The notes under the pieces were generated by a model. The model had not been told where the DNA came from. It made no database searches and worked only from the letters and a program-made list of their open reading frames with translations. Of a DNA stretch of 64,000 bases, positions 6,917-16,761 are shown in pieces (the stretch's first letter is position 1; the number at the start of each line of letters is the position of its first letter). The DNA is taken from the NCBI GenBank assembly GCA_902772845.1, contig CACYCI010000004.1, positions 908-64,907 of the forward strand, written 5' to 3'. This DNA is from an uncultured Ruminococcus sp. GTDB taxonomy: Bacteria; Bacillota; Clostridia; Oscillospirales; CAG-382. The position numbers were made by a program, and so were the translations under genes.

Positions 6917-9418
6917 ATGAAAAAATTATCCGTTATTATATCGGCTATGCTCGTAATATGCCTGCTTTTCACCGCGGCGGTGAGCGTTTTTGCCGAAGAA
7001 GAAACCGAAAGCGGTGAGGTCTCGCTCGAAGACGTATCTGAACTCGAAGACGTATCTGAAGAAGGAGCTTCTTCCGAACCCGCGTCCGACGAGCCGGAGT
7101 CAGAGGAACCGAGCGCCGAAGAAAGCTCAGAACAGCCGGAGCCGGTATCGCTCGTAGAGATAAGCGTCGTCGAACCCAAAGTCGGCGCCGCTCCCGTGGC
7201 AGCCGAATCGCTTACCGAAGGCGTCACCGTCACGCGCTCCGCGTGGGACCCCGCGTACGCCGAATTCGCCAACGGCGAAACTTATCGGCTCACCGTTGAG
7301 ATACGGTCCGATTCGCCGCTCGCCGAAGACTGCGTGTTCATGTTCGGAGGCAAACGTGCGGAAGTCGATTCCGCGGAAGAGACCGTTGCAACGCTCCATT
7401 ACGATTATGCTCTTGAAGATACAGTCAAGCTCACCGTCTACGACGTCGACGGCGGCAGGTTCGAAGCGAGCAAGGGCTATGTTTCGCTCAGCTACGAAAA
7501 CGGCGTTTCGGTATACGGGTACAAGTTCGGCGCAAAAGTCACCGTCACGTTCATTCCGGATACCGGCAATTTCCTGGATTCGCTGCTCATCAACGGAGCA
7601 ACCGTTTATCCGAACGACAACAAATACGTGACCGAGCTGAAAAGTGACGTCACCATAACGCCAGCGTTTGCGCCCATCCCGACCTGCGGCATAACGGTTT
7701 CCGCAACGGTGAACGGCGGATTGAACGATTCTTTCGTGTTCAAATACAACGGCGAAGCGCTGACGGACCGCAAGGTATACGTCACCATGGGCAGCAGCTT
7801 CACACTTGAAGTCGAAGACCCCGAAGGTCAGATCTACCGTATAAGTTCGGCTTCTTTTGCTCCCAAGAGCGGCAGCGCGGTGGAATGCACCGTGAGTGAA
7901 AACCGCTTAGTAACAGTTGAAAACGCCACGGAAGGCACGCTGTTCGTGGCTTTTGAGCTGCCCGCCTACGCGGTGCAGATAGTTCAGGCGGAGCACGGCA
8001 CCATTACCGCCGACAATATGTTCCCGCAGGAAAACGAATCCGTGGTCTTCACCTTTACCCCCGACGAGGGCTACGAGCTGGACGTTGCGCTGATCAACGG
8101 CACACCCGTTACGCTCAACACCAACACTTACGAAGCCATAGCGGCCGGCACGCTGCGCGTTTCCGCCCGTTTCAAGCCCGTGGCGGCAAACGTAAACGTA
8201 AATCTCACCGTCCTCCCCGACGAGCTGGGCAAGACGCACGGCACCGCAAGCATAGTCGGTTTCGATACCACCCCCGCGGTGGTGAAACAGGGCCAGTACA
8301 TAGGGGTCAACATTTTCCCCGACGCCGGGTATCAGACCGCTTCGCTCACCGTAAACGGCAAAACGGTGGATCCTTCGGCGGACGGGCAAACGCGTCTGCG
8401 CATAACCGCCGACACCGTGATACAGGTGCGTTTTGAAAAAATAAAATACCGCATTACCGCGGTCGTCACTAAAAACGGCGGCGGCAGCATAACCGCCGAC
8501 GGGGCCAAGATAGTGCGCAACGTGGTCTACGTTTCCGACGGCGACGACATGACTTTCACCTTTACGCCGGACATGAACTACAAGATCTATTCCGTAAAGG
8601 TCGATTCCGCCGAAGTCTTCACCGAAGGCAGCGGCAACACCTACACGTTCAAGGCAGTAAAAGCCAACCACACCATAGCGGTGACTTTTGCCAACAAGGA
8701 CGACGTTGTGGTAAAATACAACATGATCTCCACCGCATCCGCAAACGGATCCATTTCCCCCGACGGCAGAACAGAAGCGATTCAGGGCGAGACGGTCGTA
8801 TACACCGTGACGCCCGACGAGGGTTACGAAGTGGATTACGTGACCGTGGACGGCATGGACGTTTCGCTCGAAAACGGTACCTACACCTTTGAAGCCGTTT
8901 CCGCTGATCACACCATATCCGCGTATTTCAAGCAGAAGACCGTGGTCACCGACGACGTGCTGAACGTTTCGGATATAGACTGGAGTTCCGGGATCATTCG
9001 CATAAACACTGTGGGCAAGACCGCGGTGAGCAAAAAGGTCTTTGAAAAGCTGGTCATGGATTGCAGCGGCAAGACCGCGGTAGTCACCGGTACCGACAGC
9101 GAGATCACCTTCGCCGTAAACGGCACGCGCATCCCCGCCGAAGATCTCGATCTCAGCGTGCTCCACAATTCGCAATGCCCCGAATACGCTCAGATCGGCT
9201 CCGCCATCGCCTCTAATCCCCAGTACGAAAACTGCGCTTACGCGGTTGTCAAGCTCAATTCCGTATATCCTTCCGGCGCGACCGCAGACTTACGTCTGGG
9301 CAGCGAATTCGCCGATACCGACGTGGCGTATTTCGGTTACGAAAACGGCGCGCTGGTACGCGTTTCCGACACGGTACACTGCGGCCAGGGCGGCAGGATC
9401 CAGGTACAGGTCAAATAA
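6917..9418 (+). CDS. Large secreted surface protein with acidic linker and at least 6 tandem divergent InlB-B-repeat/Ig-like modules
   Basis: The RBS is ACGGAGGA. The signal peptide is MKKLSVIISAMLVICLLFTAAVSVFA, followed by an E/S/P-rich linker. Repeated ~75-aa modules have the signature Y.I....G.G.I.......G..V.FT.TPD.GY....V.V.G. Confidence 0.85.
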   Translation: MKKLSVIISAMLVICLLFTAAVSVFAEEETESGEVSLEDVSELEDVSEEGASSEPASDEPESEEPSAEESSEQPEPVSLVEISVVEPKVGAAPVAAESLTEGVTVTRSAWDPAYAEFANGETYRLTVEIRSDSPLAEDCVFMFGGKRAEVDSAEETVATLHYDYALEDTVKLTVYDVDGGRFEASKGYVSLSYENGVSVYGYKFGAKVTVTFIPDTGNFLDSLLINGATVYPNDNKYVTELKSDVTITPAFAPIPTCGITVSATVNGGLNDSFVFKYNGEALTDRKVYVTMGSSFTLEVEDPEGQIYRISSASFAPKSGSAVECTVSENRLVTVENATEGTLFVAFELPAYAVQIVQAEHGTITADNMFPQENESVVFTFTPDEGYELDVALINGTPVTLNTNTYEAIAAGTLRVSARFKPVAANVNVNLTVLPDELGKTHGTASIVGFDTTPAVVKQGQYIGVNIFPDAGYQTASLTVNGKTVDPSADGQTRLRITADTVIQVRFEKIKYRITAVVTKNGGGSITADGAKIVRNVVYVSDGDDMTFTFTPDMNYKIYSVKVDSAEVFTEGSGNTYTFKAVKANHTIAVTFANKDDVVVKYNMISTASANGSISPDGRTEAIQGETVVYTVTPDEGYEVDYVTVDGMDVSLENGTYTFEAVSADHTISAYFKQKTVVTDDVLNVSDIDWSSGIIRINTVGKTAVSKKVFEKLVMDCSGKTAVVTGTDSEITFAVNGTRIPAEDLDLSVLHNSQCPEYAQIGSAIASNPQYENCAYAVVKLNSVYPSGATADLRLGSEFADTDVAYFGYENGALVRVSDTVHCGQGGRIQVQVK

Positions 9419-9796
9419 CAGAAAACGCTTGTATTCATCAGCAAAAAGGCGTCGGTCCCCACTTATGACGTCAACGTTATAGTCGGCGAAAACGGCAAAG
9501 TGTCGCCGGACGTCACGCAAAACGTGGAAGCCGGCATGACCGTGACTTTTGATATCACCCCCGACAAGGGCTACGTTATAAGCCGCATACTTATAAACGG
9601 CGAGACCGCCGAAGCGGAAGACGGCAAACTGAACGTGACCGTGAACGGGAACACCACCGTTGACATACGCTTTGCACTTGCCGAAGAAGAAGGCGGCTCC
9701 AAAGCCGGTCTGATAATTTCCATAGTTATAATCGGCATAGCAATCATCGGCGGCGCCGTGCTGCTTATGATCAAGCTCAAACAAAACAAATACTGA
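9419..9796 (+). CDS. In-frame downstream segment of the 6917..9418 gene: 7th repeat module plus C-terminal TM anchor
   Basis: It is in the same frame as 6917..9418 and open from the codon after TAA (9416..9418). It encodes ..YDVNVIVGENGKVSPD..TVTFDITPDKGYVISRILINGE.. and then LIISIVIIGIAIIGGAVLLMIKLKQNKY. The only start codon is GTG 9500, in the middle of a module. No signal peptide of its own is present. Confidence 0.5.
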   Translation, partial: QKTLVFISKKASVPTYDVNVIVGENGKVSPDVTQNVEAGMTVTFDITPDKGYVISRILINGETAEAEDGKLNVTVNGNTTVDIRFALAEEEGGSKAGLIISIVIIGIAIIGGAVLLMIKLKQNKY

Positions 9797-9823
9797 TCAG
9801 CCGCCCCACAAGCGGGGCGCAAT

Positions 9824-9863
9824 AAAAAAGTTCCGGCGCTTCGTACGAAGCGCCGGATTTTTT
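9824..9863. terminator. Bidirectional rho-independent terminator
   Basis: The sequence is AAAAAAgtt-CCGGCGCTTCG-ta-CGAAGCGCCGG-aTTTTTT. It is a perfect 11-bp stem between convergent genes. Confidence 0.85.
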
Positions 9864-9878
9864 GCGGTTTGCCAAAAA

Positions 9879-11852
9879 TTATTCAGCGGGTGTTTCTTCA
9901 GCCGGAGCCGCCTCTTCTGCGGGAGCTTCTTCAGCCGGAGCGAGGAGCGCTCTTATGGAAAGACTGATGCGCTGTTTTTCGGGATCTATGGCGATGATCT
10001 TGGCGTCGACCTTGTCGCCGACCTTGAGCACGGAACCGGGGTTCTGCACGAATTTGTCAGCGATCTGCGAGCAGTGGATGAGGCCGTCAACGCCGGGGAT
10101 GATCTCGGCGAAAGCGCCGAAAGGCATGATGCTGACGATAGTTACGTTAGCGACGTCGCCTTCCTTGAATTTTTCGTTGAATATGTTCCACGGATTGGTG
10201 GCTTCGGTCTTATAGCCGAGCGAGATGCGTTCTCTTTCGCGGTCGATATCTTTGATAGTGACTTCGACTTCGTCGCCGATCTTGAAAACTTCGGCGGGGT
10301 TGCGGGGAACGCCCCAGAAAATTTCGGAAACATGGATCATTCCGTCGGCTGCGCCGAGGTTTACGAACACGCCGAAATTGGTGATGGAACGAACGGTGCC
10401 CTTGAGCTTCTGACCGACTTCTATGGAAGAATAGAAATCGTCAAGACGCTTTTTGCGTTCGATACGCGCCGCGGAGCGGATAGAGCCGACCGCGCGCTTT
10501 CTGGATTCGTTGTATTCGAGTATTTTGACCGAGACCTTTTTGCCCTTGAGCGATTCGAGATCCGTGCCTTCGCGGCCGCACTGGGTGGCGGGGACGAAAA
10601 CCCTGATGCCGCTGACGTTCATAACGACGCCCGCGTTTACTACCTCTTTTACCGTACCGGTAAGGATCTCGCCGTTTGCCGCCGCTTCGGCGACCTTTTC
10701 CGCGTTCCTGGCTTCGTCAAGACGCTTTTTGGAAAGGAGCACGGTTCCTTCGACATCGGAGAATTTGGTACAGACAACATCTATGGGATCGCCCACGTGG
10801 AAAGAACTCATATCGACGTTGTCATCTGCAGAGATCTCGTCATACGGAAGTATGCCCGTATGCTTGGTCCCCAGGTCGACTTTGATCTCTGCCGGGGTGA
10901 CGGCAAGGATTGTCCCTGTAACCCTTTCTCCAGTAGTGAGAGTTTTGAACGACTGGTTCAAAAGCTCTTCAAAGCTGAGTTCTTCGTTAGCGATGTTTGC
11001 CATTGTTTTGTTAACCTCCTGTATTATAACGCCTGGCGCCGAAGCACCGGCAATTATTACGATTTTTTCAGATTTTTTTATAAGTTCGCGGTACTGCTCC
11101 AGCCCGTCTGCAGTTTCGACGGCCACGGTGCAGGGGCAGGACTCGCGGCAGACCGCCAGAAGCTTTGCCGTATTGGAGCTTTGCGGACTGCCCACCACGC
11201 AGACAAGATCGGCCGCCGCCGCGAGCGAACGCGCCTGACTCTGCCGCTTTTCGGTGATATTGCATATTGTATCAAAAATATTTGCGTTTGTATATAGTTT
11301 TCTTAAATTGTTCGCAAAAAATTTCCATTCTTGCACGGAAAATGTCGTTTGAGCGACAAAAAAGCGATCTTTTGCCGCGTCTTGTTCGGCGGCAAGCGCT
11401 TCGAGCGCGGCTTTTGCGCTTCCGAACACCCTTGCTCCGCCACGGGCGAACGACATTATGCCGCGGACCTCAGGGTGATTTTCGTCGCCGAGGATTATGC
11501 ATTCCGCTCCGTCTTTGGAATGCTCCGCAACAATCCGGTGGATCTGCCGCACGTAGCCGCAGGTGCCGTCTTCAACTCTTCTGCCGCAGGAAGCGAGCCG
11601 CGAATAGATCTGTTCGGATTCGCCGTGGGCACGTATGATTATAACGCCGTCCGGCGGGACTTCGTCTATCTGCGTGCTGTCGATCGTCCGCACGCCGCGC
11701 GCTTTGAGCGATTCGTTGTACGGGCGGTTATGTATCAGCTCGCCCAGGCAGAACACCTTAGCCCCGTTTTCAAGCTCGCGTTCGAGCAGCTCGGCGGCGC
11801 GCTTTACGCCCGGGCAGAAGCCCGAACCGGGGGCCACGGTCACGGTCGCCAT
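9879..11852 (-). CDS. ispH: Bifunctional 4-hydroxy-3-methylbut-2-enyl diphosphate reductase (IspH) / ribosomal protein S1-domain fusion
   Basis: The N-terminus carries IspH signatures (GFCPGVKRA.., IIIRAHGES). It is followed by four S1 OB-fold repeats (..GERVTGTILAV.., ..GEILTGTVKEV.., ..GQKLKGTVRSI.., ..GDVANVTIVSI..). Confidence 0.92.
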   Translation of the reverse strand: MATVTVAPGSGFCPGVKRAAELLERELENGAKVFCLGELIHNRPYNESLKARGVRTIDSTQIDEVPPDGVIIIRAHGESEQIYSRLASCGRRVEDGTCGYVRQIHRIVAEHSKDGAECIILGDENHPEVRGIMSFARGGARVFGSAKAALEALAAEQDAAKDRFFVAQTTFSVQEWKFFANNLRKLYTNANIFDTICNITEKRQSQARSLAAAADLVCVVGSPQSSNTAKLLAVCRESCPCTVAVETADGLEQYRELIKKSEKIVIIAGASAPGVIIQEVNKTMANIANEELSFEELLNQSFKTLTTGERVTGTILAVTPAEIKVDLGTKHTGILPYDEISADDNVDMSSFHVGDPIDVVCTKFSDVEGTVLLSKKRLDEARNAEKVAEAAANGEILTGTVKEVVNAGVVMNVSGIRVFVPATQCGREGTDLESLKGKKVSVKILEYNESRKRAVGSIRSAARIERKKRLDDFYSSIEVGQKLKGTVRSITNFGVFVNLGAADGMIHVSEIFWGVPRNPAEVFKIGDEVEVTIKDIDRERERISLGYKTEATNPWNIFNEKFKEGDVANVTIVSIMPFGAFAEIIPGVDGLIHCSQIADKFVQNPGSVLKVGDKVDAKIIAIDPEKQRISLSIRALLAPAEEAPAEEAAPAEETPAE

Positions 11853-12455
11853 TTATTCGCCCTCTTTTTTGAACGGTTCGCAGACCTTGTCGAAAAGGTA
11901 ATACGATATTTCCGGTTTGGTGGGTTTTTCGTTGATGGAACTGTATTCCTCGTAGGTCACCGGCTTATGGATGATCAGCCGCGTGCGGCGGAAAAGGCGC
12001 GGGCGCAGCGATTTTGTAACTATGGAAACCGGCAGAACGGTTGCTTTCGCCATGCAGCCGATGAGCGAAAACCCGGGCAACGCCTGCTCTTTTTGGGGAA
12101 CGACGCCCGGCATACGGGTGCCTTGCGGGAAGATCCCCACGCTGGTGCCGGATTTGAGCGCGTCTATGCAGGCGTGGAGCGCGGTCGTATCCAGCCCTTC
12201 GCGGTCTATGGTCACCGAGCCGGTTATACGGAACACAAGCCGCATGAACCAGTGTGAAGCGAGTTCTTTTTTTGCGAGCCATTTATGTTTTTGTTTGAGA
12301 GACGCGGTTATGAGTATGGGGTCGCAAAACGACGAATGGTTGGCGCACACCAGATACGGCGTGTCGGGTTCGTTTTCGCGCCCTTCGATCTTTACGCGGT
12401 ACAAAAACCGCATGGGTAACTTAAAAAGTCCTTTTAAAAAGCCGTAAGCGCTCAT
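11853..12455 (-). CDS. plsC: 1-acyl-sn-glycerol-3-phosphate acyltransferase
   Basis: The H-x4-D acyltransferase motif NHSSFCD is present. The length is 200 aa. The gene abuts the ispH start. Confidence 0.85.
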   Translation of the reverse strand: MSAYGFLKGLFKLPMRFLYRVKIEGRENEPDTPYLVCANHSSFCDPILITASLKQKHKWLAKKELASHWFMRLVFRITGSVTIDREGLDTTALHACIDALKSGTSVGIFPQGTRMPGVVPQKEQALPGFSLIGCMAKATVLPVSIVTKSLRPRLFRRTRLIIHKPVTYEEYSSINEKPTKPEISYYLFDKVCEPFKKEGE

Positions 12456-12458
12456 TTT

Positions 12459-13226
12459 TTATACCTTACCGTTTATCATTGATCTTATGGCTTCCACGGC
12501 GCAGCGGACCGCGGAAGACGTGTCGTGTATCTCTTCCTGCGAAAGCCCCGCTTTTTCGCGCTCCTGATTCCACACGGTGTGGAAAACGCCGCCGCAGGTG
12601 ACGCCGCGGTACGCGGCCACGCAGAAGAGCGCGGCAGATTCCATTTCGCTGCAAAGCACGCCGAGGCGTTTCCACGCTTCCCATTTTGCAAGGAGCATGG
12701 CGGAAACCGGTTTGGAAGCAGGGTCGTGCTGACCGTAGAACGAATCCTTTGCCTGCACGACGCCTATGTGATACCTGTACCCGAGCGTACGCGCCGCCTG
12801 TTCGAGCGCACAGACTGTGCGGTGATCGGCGGTAGCGGGGTAACCTTCCGGCGCATATTCATAGCTGGTGCCGTCCTGGCGCACGGCGGAAGTGGCGATC
12901 ACAACGTCGCCGGCGGTAACGTCGAGCGCTATGCCGCCGCAGGTGCCCACCCGGATGAAATGCTTTGCGCCGATATTGCACAACTCCTCCATGGCTATGG
13001 CGGCGGAAGGGCCGCCTATGCCGGTGGAACACACGCTGACCTTTTGCCCGCAAAGCGTGCCGGTATAGACCGTATATTCGCGGTTGGACGTGACGAAACG
13101 CGCGTCTTCAAAGAACGACGCGATAAGCTCGCACCTGCCGGGGTCGCCGGGCAGTATGACGTATTCGCCAACGTCGCCGGCGCGGCAGTTTATGTGATAT
13201 TGAAGCTCGCGTTCGTTTGCGTTCAT
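12459..13226 (-). CDS. udp: Uridine phosphorylase / PNP-UDP family 1 nucleoside phosphorylase
   Basis: The motifs ..LPGDPGR.., [16 protein letters not shown] and IRVGTCGG.. are present, with EMESAALF near the C-terminus. Confidence 0.8.
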   Translation of the reverse strand: MNANERELQYHINCRAGDVGEYVILPGDPGRCELIASFFEDARFVTSNREYTVYTGTLCGQKVSVCSTGIGGPSAAIAMEELCNIGAKHFIRVGTCGGIALDVTAGDVVIATSAVRQDGTSYEYAPEGYPATADHRTVCALEQAARTLGYRYHIGVVQAKDSFYGQHDPASKPVSAMLLAKWEAWKRLGVLCSEMESAALFCVAAYRGVTCGGVFHTVWNQEREKAGLSQEEIHDTSSAVRCAVEAIRSMINGKV

Positions 13227-13903
13227 ATCCTGACCTTGCTTTCTATTATTTTCGAAGCGGCGTCCAGCGTGGCTTCTATGTCGAGCCCGCCGTTATCCAG
13301 CATCACCGCGTCCGCCGCGGGGACGGCGGGGGCGATTTTGCGCGTTTTATCGTTTTCGTCGCGCCAGCGCATATCGTCGAGCACCTGCTGCAGCGTGACG
13401 TTTTCGCCCTTGGCGAGCAGTTCGGCAAGCCGGCGCTCGGCGCGCTTTTCGGCGGAAGCAAAAAGAAAGATCTTGACCTGCGCCTTGGGAAGTATCACCG
13501 TGCCTATGTCGCGCCCGTCCATGACGCAATCGTTTTTGCGCGCTATATCGCGCTGGAGGTCGAGTATATATTCCCTGACCGCGGGGATCTTGGAAACGTC
13601 GGACGCGTAAAGCGAACATTCGGGAGTGCGGAGCTCACCGCCCATACGTTCGCCGTTGAGCCACACCACACCGCCGCCGTTTTCAAGAGTCATGCCGATC
13701 TTCATCTGCGGAAGCAGCGCCGTGACGCCTTCGGTATCCGTACGGTCGACGCCCGCGCGCAGCGCGTAAAGGCCTATGGTGCGGTAGATCGCGCCGGTAT
13801 CTATATATATGAGCCCGTATTTTTTAGCAAGCAGCTTTGCCAGAGTTGACTTTCCGCTGCCGCTGGGGCCGTCTATGGCTATGTTCAAACGTTTTCTGCG
13901 CAT
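13223..13903 (-). CDS. cmk: Cytidylate kinase
   Basis: The P-loop reads [13 protein letters not shown]. The motif ..YIDTGAIYR.. is present. There is a 4-nt ATGA overlap with udp. Confidence 0.93.
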   Translation of the reverse strand: MRRKRLNIAIDGPSGSGKSTLAKLLAKKYGLIYIDTGAIYRTIGLYALRAGVDRTDTEGVTALLPQMKIGMTLENGGGVVWLNGERMGGELRTPECSLYASDVSKIPAVREYILDLQRDIARKNDCVMDGRDIGTVILPKAQVKIFLFASAEKRAERRLAELLAKGENVTLQQVLDDMRWRDENDKTRKIAPAVPAADAVMLDNGGLDIEATLDAASKIIESKVRI

Positions 13904-13944
13904 ATCGCCATTTGCTCCGTTATATTAAAATTATGCTATTTAGC

Positions 13945-13973
13945 ATTCTAACACAAGTAAGAATAAAAATCAA
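13945..13973 (-). promoter_or_regulatory. Sigma-A-type promoter TTGATT-17-TGtTAGAAT for cmk operon
   Basis: The minus strand reads TTGATTtttattcttacttgTGTTAGAAT. A 5-4-5 palindrome ATGCT-attt-AGCAT (13933..13946) overlaps the -10/TSS. Confidence 0.55.
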
Positions 13974-13986
13974 CATATTTTTAACG

Positions 13987-14025
13987 AAAAAAAAGATAAT
14001 TTGCCGCCGTACGGCGGAAATTATC
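13987..14025 (-). terminator. Rho-independent terminator after U32 gene
   Basis: The minus strand has a hairpin GATAATTTCCGCCG-ta-CGGCGGCAAATTATC (one bulge) followed by T8. Confidence 0.75.
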
Positions 14026-14033
14026 CTGTTTTT

Positions 14034-16010
14034 TCAGCCCATATACGCCCTTGTGAACCTGACGTCCGGCGCGGAACGCTCTTCCAGCGCGCGTATCACG
14101 GCGTCCTGACGGCTTTCGTTTTCGTCGGTGAAGATCAACGCGGCTCCCGCTCCGACGTCTTTGTCGAGCAGCCACACGGGCACCGAATTGTATATGACGT
14201 TTTCGTGAGAAGGCCCGCAAAATACGGGGAACACAGCGCCGGTGCGGTCGCGCAGGGATCCGCCCGCGCCCTCTGTGCAGGCGCCTGTGTTTTTTATTAT
14301 GCAGTTGCGGGTCTGCATGACGCGCACTCTGCCGTAGACCACAGCGTGATCACAGAACGCGCCGCTTTTTGATTCCGGCGAGGCGCAGATCTCGGAAAAG
14401 CCCAGGTCGTAAAGCGTGCGCGCGGTCTGCGGACTTATGCAGTTGAGCTCGTATCCCCCTTCGCAAACAAACCCGCCGCACAACGGCAGGAACGACGCGT
14501 TCGGCAGCGTAACGCGCGTTATACCGGCGTCCTTTGCCTGCGCGAGCAGCTCTTTTACGTTGCGCACGTCGTTTTCAAAAATAAACCCCGGCAGCAGCAG
14601 CGAAATCTTTTTTGCGTCCGCTTTTGCGAAACGGCGCCAAACGCCGGCGTTTTCCAGCGGAAAGACGGCGGTACCGGCTTTTTGGAACGCGTTTTGACTT
14701 ACATACCGGCCTTCGAACCGTATGCGTGGACCGGCGGACGATTTTTCATGTTCTTTACCGTAAGCGAGCGGCGCTTTTTCGGTGCGAAGCGGAGCATTGG
14801 CGCGGATGAGTTCCCTTTGAAGCGCGTCGGCGGCGTCGCGGCGCAGCGCGTTCAGCGCCGAGACCGGGTAAAATCCGCCCGGCTCTATATCGCATTTTAT
14901 ATCGCGCGCAAAAAACGGAGTTCCGCCGAGCTTTGTAAGCTGTTTGATCACGTCCTCTTCCGCTGACGCGGCTTTTATGGCGGTCTGCCGGATATCCGCC
15001 CCGACGGTAACGCTCGCTCCGCCCGAAGAAAGCGTGAGCGCGAACGGCCCGATTTGTTTTGAGACCGCGACGATATCCGCTGGGAGGCGGCGGGGCTTGA
15101 CTTCCACGCGGACCGCGCGGGTGCGTTCTTTGTCCGCGTCGGTGCGTATGCCGAACATCTGAGGTCCGCGGCGGCCGCTGAAATATCCGCTTGTGAAGCC
15201 GCTGCGCGAAAACAAGTCCGCAAGGTATCGCATTTCTTCGTCGGTGGCGCCGCGCCGTTCGTCGACAAGACGGCGGTAGACCGAAGTCACGCCGTAAACG
15301 TATTCGGGCGAACGCATACGCCCTTCTATTTTGAGCGCGTCCACTCCAAGTTCGAGCAGCCGCGGGATCTGCCGCGCAAGGCACATATCTTTTAGCGAAA
15401 GCGGATAAGACCCGTTGTATTCCATACGGCACGGGTAAGCGCATTCGCCGCGGTTGCCGGAACGCTTGCCTATCATAGACGACATCAGGCACGCGCCCGA
15501 ACGGCACACGCATATGGCGCCGTGAACGAATACTTCTGTTTCGAGCCCGCATCCGGTAAAGGCGGCTATCTCGTGTTCGTCCATCTCACGCGCGAGCACC
15601 GCGCGTGAAAAGCCAAGCGCTTTCAGCACCGGAGCGGCGTAAGAGCCATGGATCTGCATTTGGGTGGACGCGTGCAGGGTGATATACGGGAATTCGCGCA
15701 CAAGCTCGCGCGCGAGTCCGACGTCCTGAACTATATACGCGTCAGGCGGAGCGGCTTTTTCGAGCTCACGCACCATCGCCAGCGCGGATGCGTATTCGCG
15801 CCCATAGAGCAGCGTGTTCAGTGTAATATCCACGCCCACGCCGTAAACGCGGCAGGTTTCTATTGCACGCGCCGCGTCGGAAACGTCGAAATTTGTCGCT
15901 CCGGCACGGGCGTTGAACGCCGAAAGCCCGAAATACACTTCGTCAGCTCCGGCGTAAACCGCCGCTTTCAGCGATTCTAAGTCGCCCGCGGGTGAAAGGA
16001 TATGAGTCAT
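14034..16010 (-). CDS. Peptidase U32 family protein (long, RlhA-like form)
   Basis: It contains an exact match to the U32 signature E-x-F-x2-G-[SA]-[LIVM]-C-x4-G-x-C-x-[LIVM]-S, read as EVFVHGAICVCRSGACLMS. Confidence 0.85.
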   Translation of the reverse strand: MTHILSPAGDLESLKAAVYAGADEVYFGLSAFNARAGATNFDVSDAARAIETCRVYGVGVDITLNTLLYGREYASALAMVRELEKAAPPDAYIVQDVGLARELVREFPYITLHASTQMQIHGSYAAPVLKALGFSRAVLAREMDEHEIAAFTGCGLETEVFVHGAICVCRSGACLMSSMIGKRSGNRGECAYPCRMEYNGSYPLSLKDMCLARQIPRLLELGVDALKIEGRMRSPEYVYGVTSVYRRLVDERRGATDEEMRYLADLFSRSGFTSGYFSGRRGPQMFGIRTDADKERTRAVRVEVKPRRLPADIVAVSKQIGPFALTLSSGGASVTVGADIRQTAIKAASAEEDVIKQLTKLGGTPFFARDIKCDIEPGGFYPVSALNALRRDAADALQRELIRANAPLRTEKAPLAYGKEHEKSSAGPRIRFEGRYVSQNAFQKAGTAVFPLENAGVWRRFAKADAKKISLLLPGFIFENDVRNVKELLAQAKDAGITRVTLPNASFLPLCGGFVCEGGYELNCISPQTARTLYDLGFSEICASPESKSGAFCDHAVVYGRVRVMQTRNCIIKNTGACTEGAGGSLRDRTGAVFPVFCGPSHENVIYNSVPVWLLDKDVGAGAALIFTDENESRQDAVIRALEERSAPDVRFTRAYMG

Positions 16011-16028
16011 ATTTGCTCCTTATGAATG

Positions 16029-16739
16029 TCAGTCGAGCCGCATGGCTTCCGCAATGTCGCCGTGGATAACAAAGTCGGCGAGCTTGTCGGCGGGAGTGGG
16101 CGTTTTGTTTATAAGCACCAGGCAGTCGCCCGAAAAATAGTTGATAAAAGAAGCCGCCGGGTAAACGGTGAGCGACGTGCCGCCTATTATGAGCACGTCG
16201 GCGGAGGCGATGGCGCGGCATGAATCGCGTATGCAATCGGGGTCGAGCGCTTCTTCGTAAAGCACCACGTCCGGCTTTATGATACCGCCGCATTCGCCGC
16301 ACCGCGGGACTCCCTGCGAGCCGAGTATGTGTTTGAGCCCGTATTTTTTACCGCAGCGCGTGCAGCGGTTGCGGTGGACCGAGCCGTGGAGTTCGTACAC
16401 CGTTCTGCTGCCCGCCGCCTGATGCAGGCCGTCTATGTTTTGCGTGACGACGGCGCTGACCTTTCCCTGCCGTTCGAGCGAGGCGAGCGCAGTATGGCAG
16501 GCGTTCGGCAGCGCGTTGGGGTAAAGCATTTTTTCACGGTAGAATCTGTAAAATTCCGCCGTGCGTTCCACAAAGAAGGTGTGCGAAAGTATTTCTTCCG
16601 GCGGGACTACGCCGCCCTGGGAATATATCCCGTCGGCGGAGCGGAAATCCGGGATACCGCTGGCGGTGGAAACGCCCGCGCCGCCGAAAAACACGGTGTT
16701 TTCGTGCGAAAAGATGATCTCTTTCAGTTTTTCGTCCAT
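16029..16739 (-). CDS. cobB: NAD-dependent protein deacylase (sirtuin, CobB/SIR2 family)
   Basis: The motif GAGVSTASGIPDFRS is present. The Zn module reads CTRCGKKY...CGECGGIIKPDVVLYEE. Confidence 0.9.
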   Translation of the reverse strand: MDEKLKEIIFSHENTVFFGGAGVSTASGIPDFRSADGIYSQGGVVPPEEILSHTFFVERTAEFYRFYREKMLYPNALPNACHTALASLERQGKVSAVVTQNIDGLHQAAGSRTVYELHGSVHRNRCTRCGKKYGLKHILGSQGVPRCGECGGIIKPDVVLYEEALDPDCIRDSCRAIASADVLIIGGTSLTVYPAASFINYFSGDCLVLINKTPTPADKLADFVIHGDIAEAMRLD

Positions 16740-16761
16740 TACCCGGCACCTCTCTTTATAA

